A stretch of 64,000 nucleotides of DNA. Source: an uncultured Saccharothrix sp. (GTDB lineage Bacteria; Actinomycetota; Actinomycetes; Mycobacteriales; Pseudonocardiaceae). The notes under the pieces were generated by a model. That model had not been told where the DNA came from and searched no databases. It saw only the letters and a list, made by a program, of their open reading frames with translations. This document shows positions 17,733 to 26,027 of this stretch, one piece after another. The position numbers and the translations under genes were made by a program. The stretch's first letter is position 1; the number at the start of each line of letters is the position of its first letter. The stretch covers positions 174 through 64,173 of the forward strand of contig CBHFOL010000007.1 of the NCBI GenBank assembly GCA_965995405.1, in the 5' to 3' direction.

Positions 17733-18877
17733 GTCAGGACACCTCTTTCCGTTGTCGCGCCGACCTTCAGCCGGTCCAGCAGTGGTCCGGTCATCGCGGT
17801 CGTCACCAGCGCCATGACGACCATGGCGGTGTAGAAGGCGCTGTCGATGACGCCCAGCTCCAACCCGATGGCCACGAAGACGAGCTCGGTGATGCCGCGC
17901 GTGTTCATCAGGACGCCGAACACGGCGGCGGTCCGGGGTGGGTGCCCGGCGATCCGGGCCCCGAGGTAGCCGCCGCCGACCTTGCCGAGCACCGCGACCC
18001 CGACGACCGCGCCGATCTCCAGCAGCAGCAACGCGTCCAGGCTCCCGATGTCGACCCGCCGACCGACCTGGACGAAGTACAGCGGGGCGAGCAGCGCCGC
18101 GATCGGGACGACGAGCCCGGCGTTGCCCCGCCCGACGGCGATCCCGGCCAGGAACGCCCCGATGGCGCAGTGCAGACCGGCCGTCTCGGTGACCGCCGCG
18201 CACCCGCACGCCACCACGACCAGCAGCGTCACCGAACCGGAAATCCGGTCCGTCCGGCGCGCGATCCGGGCCAGTCCGAAGAGCAGCAACAGGAACGGGA
18301 CGACGAGCACCGTCGACCAGCTGCCGCCGTGCAGCCCGGCGACGACGACGGCGAGCGCGAGCCACGCGACGGCGTCCGTGATCGCCGCCACGACCAGCGC
18401 CCGCTGCCCGTCCTCCCGGTCGAGCAGACCCCGTTCGGCGAGAATCCTTGCCAGCACGGGAAAAGCGGTGACGGACATGGCCGCCCCGGCGAACAGCACG
18501 AACACCCACGTGCCCGCCGGGGCGTGCCGTGCGAGCGGCAACGCCAGTGCCGCACCCGCCACGAACGGCACAACCGTCACCCAGCACGCCAACGGCAGCG
18601 CGGCCGTGACGCGCCGACCGGACACCGACGGCGCGATGTGCGCACCCACGCAGAACACGAACAGCACCAGCCCGAGCTGCGCCACGGTGTCCACTGTGGA
18701 CTCCACTCGGTCGGGCAGCCGCACGCCGCCGGCCGCCAGGACGACCCCGAGCACCAGCCCGCACGCGATCTCCCCGACCACGGCGGGCTGGCCGACCCTC
18801 GTCGCCGCCGACCCGAACACCCGGGCCAGCCCGAGCAGTGCGGCCAGCACGCCGAGCAGGAGAGCGAGGTCGGTCAC
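17729..18877 (-). CDS. Cation/H+ antiporter (CPA2)
   Basis: GQPAVVGEI, AMSVTAFPVLARIL, TDAVAW, LMNTRGITELV; many TM helices. Confidence 0.88.
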   Translation of the reverse strand: MTDLALLLGVLAALLGLARVFGSAATRVGQPAVVGEIACGLVLGVVLAAGGVRLPDRVESTVDTVAQLGLVLFVFCVGAHIAPSVSGRRVTAALPLACWVTVVPFVAGAALALPLARHAPAGTWVFVLFAGAAMSVTAFPVLARILAERGLLDREDGQRALVVAAITDAVAWLALAVVVAGLHGGSWSTVLVVPFLLLLFGLARIARRTDRISGSVTLLVVVACGCAAVTETAGLHCAIGAFLAGIAVGRGNAGLVVPIAALLAPLYFVQVGRRVDIGSLDALLLLEIGAVVGVAVLGKVGGGYLGARIAGHPPRTAAVFGVLMNTRGITELVFVAIGLELGVIDSAFYTAMVVMALVTTAMTGPLLDRLKVGATTERGVLT

Positions 18878-20286
18878 GGCGTCGAGCCGGCGAGCGCGGG
18901 CACGACCCACCGCCTGCCGTCCGTCGACGGCACCAGACCACCGGGGAACACCGGCGGCTCGTCGCCCGCCGCCTCGCCCAGGACACCCCGCGCCTGGAGG
19001 CTCATGCCCTCCACCAGCATGTCGCCGAGCACGTCCGAGTCCAGCGCGGATTCCGGCCGCCGCGCGAAATCGGCCCCGGACACCCCGCCTACGAGGTCCA
19101 CGAACGCCTCCAGCCTGCTCCCCCGGTGCTCGGTGAGCTGCCTGGCCTGCCAGAAGTAGGACCGCTCGTCGGCGTGCAGCCCGTAGAACGCGACGAGGAA
19201 GTCCCGGAACAGCGCGAACTCCCGCCGGTACCGGGCCTCGAACTCGGCGAAGCTCCGCCCCTCGTCCAGATCCCCGGCCAGCACGCTGTTGACCGACCGG
19301 GCCGCGAGCAACGCGCTGTAGGTGGCCAGGTGCACCCCGGATGAGAACACCGGGTCGATGAAGCACGCGGCGTCGCCGACGAGCACCATCCCCGGTCCGA
19401 AAAGGACCGTCCGGTCGTACGAGTAGTCCTTGCGCACCCGCAACCGGTCGTAGGGCGGCTGCCCGGCCCGTCGCGCATCGCTCAGGTTCTCCGCGATCAT
19501 CGGACATTCACCGATCAGCGCGGCGTACGCGGCCTCCGGATCGCCCTGGACCTTCGCCGCCGCCTCACGTTTGACGACCGCGCCGACGCTGGTCAGCGTG
19601 TCCGACAGCGGAATGTACCAGAACCAGCCGGACCGGAACGCGACGCACAGGATGTTGCCGGAGTTCGGCGCGGGCATCCGCTTCCCGCCCTCGAAATACC
19701 CGAACAGGGCCAGGTTCCGGAAGAACGGCGAGTACTCGCGCAGCCCGCCGATGTCGTTGTGCAGCCGACTGCCGTGTCCCGACGCGTCCACCACGAACCG
19801 GGCCGTCGCGACCCGCTCGACACCGGAGTCGTCGATGTACCGCACGCCGCGAATCCGGTCGCCGTCCCGGACGGTGCCGATCGCGCGACTGCCCTGCCGG
19901 ACGTCCACGCCCACCCGCTTGGCGTTGTCCAGCAACAACTTGTCGAATTTCAAGCGCTCGACCTGGTAGGCGTAGGAACACGGCCCGGCCATCCGCTCCG
20001 ACGCGGCGAACGCGAACGTCCACGGCTCGGGGTTGGCACCCCACCGGAACGTCCCGCCGCGCTTGCGCGTGAACCCGGCCCGCTCGATCTCGTCCCGCAG
20101 CCCGAGCATCGGGCAGATCCCGTGCACGGTGGCCGGCAGCAGCGACTCCCCGATCTGGTACCGGGGGAAGACATCCTTGTCCAGCAACAGGACCCGGTGA
20201 CCATCCATTGTGGTCAGCGTCGCGGCGGTCGAACCGCCGGGGCCGCCGCCCACCACGATGACGTCGAATTCGTTGTCGACCGGCAT
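18874..20286 (-). CDS. Flavin-dependent halogenase, carrier-protein-dependent type
   Basis: GGGPGG, FPRYQIGESLLP, RKRGG (catalytic Lys region), WFWYIP, GDAACFIDPVFSSGVHLA. Confidence 0.92.
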   Translation of the reverse strand: MPVDNEFDVIVVGGGPGGSTAATLTTMDGHRVLLLDKDVFPRYQIGESLLPATVHGICPMLGLRDEIERAGFTRKRGGTFRWGANPEPWTFAFAASERMAGPCSYAYQVERLKFDKLLLDNAKRVGVDVRQGSRAIGTVRDGDRIRGVRYIDDSGVERVATARFVVDASGHGSRLHNDIGGLREYSPFFRNLALFGYFEGGKRMPAPNSGNILCVAFRSGWFWYIPLSDTLTSVGAVVKREAAAKVQGDPEAAYAALIGECPMIAENLSDARRAGQPPYDRLRVRKDYSYDRTVLFGPGMVLVGDAACFIDPVFSSGVHLATYSALLAARSVNSVLAGDLDEGRSFAEFEARYRREFALFRDFLVAFYGLHADERSYFWQARQLTEHRGSRLEAFVDLVGGVSGADFARRPESALDSDVLGDMLVEGMSLQARGVLGEAAGDEPPVFPGGLVPSTDGRRWVVPALAGSTP

Positions 20287-20290
20287 GTCC

Positions 20291-22066
20291 TCACGACTCC
20301 TTCACTGCGTCAAGGCGAAATCCGGGCACCAGCAGGGCAAGTCGCGCCACCGTGCGCAGGTTCAGCACGTCGCGCAACGAACACGGCACCCCCGCCGCAC
20401 GCAGGCGGGAGGCGATCGCGGCGGCGGACAGGCTGTGCCCGCCGAGTTCGAGGAAGTCGCTGTCGGCCGTGACGGCTTCGGCGTCGCCGAGCACCGCGCG
20501 GAACACGTCCGCCACCAGTTCCTGCTCCGGCGACATCCGGTCCGCCGGCTCGACCGGGGGCGCGAACAACGCCTCCCGGTCGATCTTCCCGTTGTGGCCC
20601 ACCGGCATCTCCGCCACCGGCACCACGGCCGACGGCACGAGGTACCCGGGCAGCGCCTCCCGCAGCAGCTCCCGCACGCCGGTCACGTCGGCACCCGGAA
20701 CGGGCACGACGTAGGCCACCAGCCGCCGGTCGACACACGTGCCCTCCACCCGTACCACCGCCTGGCGCACCTGCGGCAGCCCGCGCAGCACGTGCTCGGT
20801 CTCCCCCGGCTCGACCCGGTGACCGCGGATCTTGACCTGGTCGTCCAACCGCCCCAGCCACTCCAGCCGGCCACCGGCACCGGCCCGGCACAGGTCCCCG
20901 GTCCGGTACCAGCCGTCCACGAACCGCTCGGCGGTCAGCTCCGGCCGGTTCAGGTAGCCCTCGGCCACGCACCGCCCGCCGATCAGCAGCTCACCCGGCG
21001 CGCCTTGGGGCACCGGGCGCAGCCGGTCGTCCACGATCCGCACGCGGGTGTTGCCGATGGGACGCCCGATCGACGGCGTGTCGCACTCGTCCAGCCGGCA
21101 CGCCGTGGCGAACACCGCGCACTCCGTCGGCCCGTACAGGTTCACGGCGGCCAACCCGGGCGTGGTGCGCAGCCGCGACCACATCTCCTGGCAGGCCGCC
21201 TCTCCGCCGACGAGCAGCAGCCCCGGCCGGGTGCCGGGTTCCAGCAGCCCGGCCTCGGCGAGCGCCAACAGGTGGGCGGGCACGGTCTCCACGACCGATA
21301 TCCGGCGTTCGGCGACGAACCGCACGTACTGTTCCGGGTCGGCGCGGACGTCGTCGGGCACCAGGTGCACCTCGTGCCCGCCGACCATCCACAGGAGAGG
21401 GTCGAACGACGCGTCGAACGCCAGCGGCAGCCCGTGCGCCACCCTGGCACCGCGCCCCACGATCGGGAAGTACCGCGCCACCAGTTCCCGGTAGAGGTTG
21501 ACCAGGCTCGCGTTGCCGACGACCACGCCCTTCGGCGTGCCGGTGGAACCGGAGGTGTAGATGACGTACGCGGGCCCGTCCACCGCCTGGTACAGCGGAC
21601 GGTCGCTGTAGCCGTCGAGATCGGCCTGCCGGTTCTCGACGTCGAGCACCATCCGCACGCCGACGCCGACCTGCGCGGGCACGTCGGTCAGCACCACCAC
21701 GGGATCGGCGTCTGCCAGGACGACCTTGGCCCGGGCCGGCGGCAGGTCCGGGTCGACCGGCAGGTACGCGGCCCCGGTCTTCGCGACCGCGAGCAGCCCG
21801 ACCATCGCCCGCACGGAACGGGTCAGCGCGCACGCCACGATCGTGCCCGGCCCCGCACCGGCTTCCCGCAGCGCGCGCCCGAGCCGGTTGCTCCACCGGT
21901 CGAGCTCCCGGAACGTCCACTTGCGACCGTCCGCGACCAGGGCCACGTCCGACGGCCACACCTCGGCGTGCCGCTCGAACAGCTCCCACCAGCCGACCGG
22001 AGGAACCGCCCGCACCGGACCCGCCACCACCGCCTGCCGACCGGCGGCACCCATCCTGGAATCCAT
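20291..22066 (-). CDS. Stand-alone NRPS adenylation-PCP didomain
   Basis: YVIYTSGSTGTPKG, FDAS, NLYGPTE, YRTGDL, GRLDDQVKIRGHRVE, NGKIDR, PCP LGGHSL. Confidence 0.93.
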   Translation of the reverse strand: MDSRMGAAGRQAVVAGPVRAVPPVGWWELFERHAEVWPSDVALVADGRKWTFRELDRWSNRLGRALREAGAGPGTIVACALTRSVRAMVGLLAVAKTGAAYLPVDPDLPPARAKVVLADADPVVVLTDVPAQVGVGVRMVLDVENRQADLDGYSDRPLYQAVDGPAYVIYTSGSTGTPKGVVVGNASLVNLYRELVARYFPIVGRGARVAHGLPLAFDASFDPLLWMVGGHEVHLVPDDVRADPEQYVRFVAERRISVVETVPAHLLALAEAGLLEPGTRPGLLLVGGEAACQEMWSRLRTTPGLAAVNLYGPTECAVFATACRLDECDTPSIGRPIGNTRVRIVDDRLRPVPQGAPGELLIGGRCVAEGYLNRPELTAERFVDGWYRTGDLCRAGAGGRLEWLGRLDDQVKIRGHRVEPGETEHVLRGLPQVRQAVVRVEGTCVDRRLVAYVVPVPGADVTGVRELLREALPGYLVPSAVVPVAEMPVGHNGKIDREALFAPPVEPADRMSPEQELVADVFRAVLGDAEAVTADSDFLELGGHSLSAAAIASRLRAAGVPCSLRDVLNLRTVARLALLVPGFRLDAVKES

Positions 22067-22739
22067 CACGATTTCTCCTGACCCGACAGCACAGCGCGGA
22101 ATCGTCGCTCCACCCGTGGTGCGGCGCGCGGCGACTCGTCGAGCACCGGACCCACAAAAAGGCAGAGAATCCCGATCCGACCGCAACGCGTGCGGCCGAC
22201 AATTATTCGCCTTACCAGCTCAGCACACCCGATGAATGGCCGGCACCGGACGTACCACTCCACCCGGACCACACACCCGACGGTATTGGCCGACCGTGCG
22301 AACCGTGCTGAAAGCTTAAGTTCACCCGACCGGATGCAACGTAACGGTTGTATTGCAAACTATGGCGGACTCCGAGCCACCCGCCCTGACCAGGCACGGA
22401 CCCGCCAGAATGGCCTGAAGAATCTTCACAGGAGACCCTGGAAACCGAATTACCACCACTCCTGACAGTGTTATCCGCGGGCTCGTCCGCGCTTTTCACT
22501 CGAATAGGCGACCCGGCGGACCGGGAGCTTCGCCGGCAGACGCACTTAGGGTGTCTGCCATCCCTTTGGCGCACCCGGTTGTCCGGTCCGGGTGAGGTCG
22601 GCGCGGTCCCGCCGGTGCGCGGAGCGAGTGATAACCGTGCGTGAACGGCTGAACTCCGTCGCGGACATTGGTTTCACGCCGGCGGTGGCGCGACGATCGG
22701 ACGCCCGGCGTCGGGCCGGCCGTCCGGGCTGCGGCGCAC

Positions 22740-22933
22740 CGATCAGCGCGGTCGACGCGGACCGGGCGAAGTTCACGCCGCCCGTGCCCTGGCGACCGCT
22801 GTTGGACGCGCGGGGCGACCGCACCATCTGGCCCATCCAGTTCGCGCCGGCCGGGATGAACGCGCACATCAACCACGACCTGGCGCCGGCGGGCAAGCTG
22901 CTGCTCACCCCCGTGGTGCCGCCGCCCGAGTGA
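22740..22933 (+). pseudogene. DUF5995-like gene remnant (internally deleted)
   Basis: WRPLLDARGDRTIWPIQFAPAGMNAHINHDL joined directly to a C-terminal-like GKLLLTP; no plausible start; 5' limit approximate. Confidence 0.6.
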
Positions 22934-22953
22934 CGTCAGCCGGCCGTGTGACG

Positions 22954-23631
22954 TCAGGCAGTGTTCGTGACGTCGGATGTTCGCGCAGCGGCGAGGCTGA
23001 GCAGGCCGCAGCCGTAGGACTTGGCCCGGCCGATGCCGCTGACCAGCGCGTCCGCCAGCGCCGTCGGGTCGGTGACGATCAGGTGGCCGTCGAACCGCAC
23101 GGGTTCCACGGTGATCTTCCGGCGGTCCTTCCGCCCGGTCAGGGTCGGTACACCCGTCGGGGTGACGTCCGGTCGGCCGCGCCGGTCGGTGGGGATGACG
23201 AAGCCGTGCCGCTCGCCTTTCCCGACCAGCCACTCGATTTGCCGGTCCGGCCGCCGATGCGCGACCCGGCGCGCGACGCCCTGTTCGTCGCGGACACAAC
23301 GGGTCGGGTTGGCGAGCAATCGGAAAGCGAACTTCCGGCCCGGCGCGATGGCGTCGAGAACCGGTTGCAGGGACCGGACTTCGGCCGGGCGCGTCAAACG
23401 GTCGGCGGGAAGTCCGGTCCAGTCCGGCGTGGTGCGGCTTTGCACATACTGCACGCAGCCGCCGTCGAATGCGTCGATACGCCACAGCACGCCGTGCGCC
23501 TGGCGAAAAGTCTCGGTGTCGGACAGTTCCGGGTAGGCCGACATGACCGTGCGGTGCATGTCGTGCACGTCGGCCGCGTCACGGCGAAACGTGTGGGAGC
23601 GCGTGTTGACGGTGAGTTTGCTCAGGAACAC
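22954..23631 (-). CDS. cas6e: Type I-E crRNA endoribonuclease Cas6e
   Basis: DVHDMHRTVM, VLWRID, VQSRTTPDW, FRLLANPT, GIGRAKSYGCGLL G-loop. Confidence 0.95.
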   Translation of the reverse strand: MFLSKLTVNTRSHTFRRDAADVHDMHRTVMSAYPELSDTETFRQAHGVLWRIDAFDGGCVQYVQSRTTPDWTGLPADRLTRPAEVRSLQPVLDAIAPGRKFAFRLLANPTRCVRDEQGVARRVAHRRPDRQIEWLVGKGERHGFVIPTDRRGRPDVTPTGVPTLTGRKDRRKITVEPVRFDGHLIVTDPTALADALVSGIGRAKSYGCGLLSLAAARTSDVTNTA

Positions 23632-24305
23632 GTGTTCTCCCCGCGGTCTTCCGGGCGCACCTCGCCGATGCGGACCGACCGGGAACCGAAACGCCGGTTT
23701 CCCCGGGCGAAGCTGATGGGCTGATCGTGCCGGACCTGTGCCAACGGGTAGTCCGGCGCACATTCCACGACCGTCCGCAGCGGAACGGCGGTCCGGGCGT
23801 TCGTCTCCAGCCACGGGTGCTTGCGCAGCACCTCGTCCGTCGACCGTCCGGTCGGCCGCGCGTCGGGCCCCAGGAGCGGACGGGCGGGCACGTATGCCTT
23901 GCGCCCCAAGGACAAGGGCCAGTGCGGCTGCCGCACCGCCGATGCCACCCGGCCCAGCAGTCGGCCGTCTCCCGCCAGCACCACCAGGAACAGCGCGTCG
24001 GCCAGGTAGTAGCGCTCGCTGACGACGGTCCGGCGTCCGGTGCCCTGGGTGGTGGGCACGTTCTGCGTGGTCTGGAAATCGCGCTCCAGCACGCCTTCCC
24101 GGTCCACCCGCACCGCCAGCCGCAACCCGGCCAGTTCGGCGATCGCGAGTTCGTCGTCCCGCTCGACGCCGAGCGCCGCCGCCAGCAGCCCGACGACACC
24201 GGACTTGGTCGGCTCGGCCATGGTGTCCCGGACGATGCCACGGGACCGGATCCCCCACGACTGCATCGGCGCGTCGAAGCACAGCGCCAGCGTCCCGTCG
24301 GTCAT
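23622..24305 (-). CDS. cas5: Type I-E Cascade subunit Cas5
   Basis: DAPMQSWG, PTKSGVVGLLAAALG, VRVDREG, RYYLADA, LSLGRKAYVP. Confidence 0.95.
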   Translation of the reverse strand: MTDGTLALCFDAPMQSWGIRSRGIVRDTMAEPTKSGVVGLLAAALGVERDDELAIAELAGLRLAVRVDREGVLERDFQTTQNVPTTQGTGRRTVVSERYYLADALFLVVLAGDGRLLGRVASAVRQPHWPLSLGRKAYVPARPLLGPDARPTGRSTDEVLRKHPWLETNARTAVPLRTVVECAPDYPLAQVRHDQPISFARGNRRFGSRSVRIGEVRPEDRGENTCS

Positions 24306-24312
24306 CGGGCGA

Positions 24313-25428
24313 TCACCTCGTGGCGGCCAGGACCGTGTCGGCGAAGTCGTCGACACTCGACGCCTCCGTCACCCCGTCCGGGCAGGACAGCCCGCCGGTC
24401 ACCGACGCGGCGGTGGCGGTGCGGATGTCCTTGCCGCCGTAGAAGTCCTTTGTCTTCCCGAAGTGCGCCATGAGCAGCCTGGTCGAGTTGGCCATGAGGT
24501 CGTCGCGCACGGGGTTGAGGAACGCGTTGGCCAGGTTCCACGCGCCGCGGTCGCGGACGACACCGAGCAGGGTGTCCGGCATGGTGCGGGCCGCCGTCGA
24601 GTTCTGCATCCCGCCGGGCACGGCGTTGATGAACGCGTACAGCCAGGCGCGCGCCGCCCGTTCGGCGAGGTCCACATCGCCGCGCAGGTTCTTCGCCAGC
24701 TGGGTGAGGTCGACGTTGGCATAGCGGTAGTAGCAGGCGGAGTTGAAGTCGACGGTGCCGATCATGTCCGCGCCCGACTCGTCGTGGGGCTTGAGGTCGT
24801 CCACGGCGGTGTAGAAGTCGAACTCGGTGACCACGGTGTGCGTGGAGATCGCGTGCGCGACCTGGGAGGCGGCGTCGACGTTGAGGTCCTTGTTGTCGGC
24901 GATCATCCGGCCGAAGAGGGCGACGTCGGCGGCCCGGCCCGCGTCCAGGATCCGGCTCGCCTCGGCCTGGCCGGCCTTGTCCAGCTTGACCTTCGCCTGT
25001 TTGCCGGCGGTCTTGGCGGACGCGAGCCGTTCCAGGGCTTCCCAGTGGTCCAGGCAATGCCGGGCCAGGGTTTCGATGGATTCCTGGCTGACGAACAACA
25101 GGTACTCGGTCAGCCCCTTGTCCTGGTCGACGCCGAAACCGAGTTGCCGGATGGCCTCGATCACGACGGCCCGCGCCTGATCGCGGTCCTTCCTGCGGTC
25201 GACCAGGATCTCGACCACGTTGTCCAGCAACCGTTTGGTGCGGACACCGCTCTCGGACTTGTCCAGCCCGTAGTCGTTGAACAGCAGCCGCGCCGAACGT
25301 TTGATGCTCTGGCTGGAGATCCGGCCGCGCACGTGACCGCCGAAGGTGGCCGTCTTGGGCTGACCGGTGTCGTCCCGGTTCAGGTTGCTGACGGGGAACG
25401 ACTGGAGCAGGTGGAGTTCGATGATCAC
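24313..25428 (-). CDS. cas7: Type I-E Cascade backbone Cas7
   Basis: IELHLLQSFPVSNLNRDDTGQPK, RISSQSIKR, ALFGRM, VAHAISTH, DFYTAVDD, YYRYANV. Confidence 0.96.
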   Translation of the reverse strand: MIIELHLLQSFPVSNLNRDDTGQPKTATFGGHVRGRISSQSIKRSARLLFNDYGLDKSESGVRTKRLLDNVVEILVDRRKDRDQARAVVIEAIRQLGFGVDQDKGLTEYLLFVSQESIETLARHCLDHWEALERLASAKTAGKQAKVKLDKAGQAEASRILDAGRAADVALFGRMIADNKDLNVDAASQVAHAISTHTVVTEFDFYTAVDDLKPHDESGADMIGTVDFNSACYYRYANVDLTQLAKNLRGDVDLAERAARAWLYAFINAVPGGMQNSTAARTMPDTLLGVVRDRGAWNLANAFLNPVRDDLMANSTRLLMAHFGKTKDFYGGKDIRTATAASVTGGLSCPDGVTEASSVDDFADTVLAATR

Positions 25429-26027
25429 GTGGTTGGCTCCGGTGGCTCGGTGGTGTCGACCGGTTCCTCGTCGCGTTCGGCCGAGACCGGCATGTGGTAT
25501 TCGCGGGCCCACTTCAGGCGGATCCGACCCGCCCGGTCGCCGCGAGGGTCGTTTCCCAGCAGCACCACCAGGTCGTCCAACAGGGCGTGGTAGTCGACGG
25601 GCACGTCGTGCGCGGACAGCAGGCGGACGGCTTGCCGGAGGTGGTGCGGCAGGGCGGGCCCGTCCCTGGCGAGCAGCTGGGTGAACCGGCGGTGGACGGA
25701 GGTGTTGTCGAGCTTCTTGGCGAGTCGACCGAAGGAAGCGCCCAGCGTGCGTGGCCCTGGTCCCGACTTCCAGACCTTCGGGTGCAGGGCGTACAGGCCG
25801 CCGACGAGGAGCCAGGTGTCCTGTTCCGCCTCGTTGTCCGGCGGGTCGGCGCGGAACACGATCTCGTACGCCTCGACCTGCCTGCCGTCGGTGAAACTGT
25901 TGCGCAGCACGGCAAGTTGGCGACGCGACTGGGCCGCGACGGCCGGGTTGGCCGAACCTCGCGCGCCGTCGAGACCGTACAGGCGTTTGACGTAGTCGTT
26001 GCGCCGCTTGACGATCGGGTCAGTCAC
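25425..26027 (-). CDS. cas11: Type I-E small subunit Cas11 (Cse2/CasB)
   Basis: Position between cas8e and cas7; GLYALHP, RRFTQLL, HLRQAVRLL, VDYHALLDDL, WAREYH. Confidence 0.9.
   Translation of the reverse strand: MTDPIVKRRNDYVKRLYGLDGARGSANPAVAAQSRRQLAVLRNSFTDGRQVEAYEIVFRADPPDNEAEQDTWLLVGGLYALHPKVWKSGPGPRTLGASFGRLAKKLDNTSVHRRFTQLLARDGPALPHHLRQAVRLLSAHDVPVDYHALLDDLVVLLGNDPRGDRAGRIRLKWAREYHMPVSAERDEEPVDTTEPPEPTT

Noticed and set aside
16329-18986. 885-aa ORF as an extended lyase; likewise 30741-32744 as a 667-aa PstC and 4962-6860 as a 632-aa kinase
   Set aside because: The extensions are off-frame or antisense reads of neighbouring genes; true starts have RBS or stop-start coupling
22212-22574. 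Ser/Gly/Trp-rich minus-strand ORF as a RiPP precursor for the halogenase
   Set aside because: Atypical codon usage, no clear RBS or leader, no RiPP enzymes; the halogenase type and A-PCP point to a carrier-bound substrate
22190-22950. Canonical CRISPR array downstream of cas6e
   Set aside because: No repeated 28-29-bp unit with about 61-bp period seen on either strand
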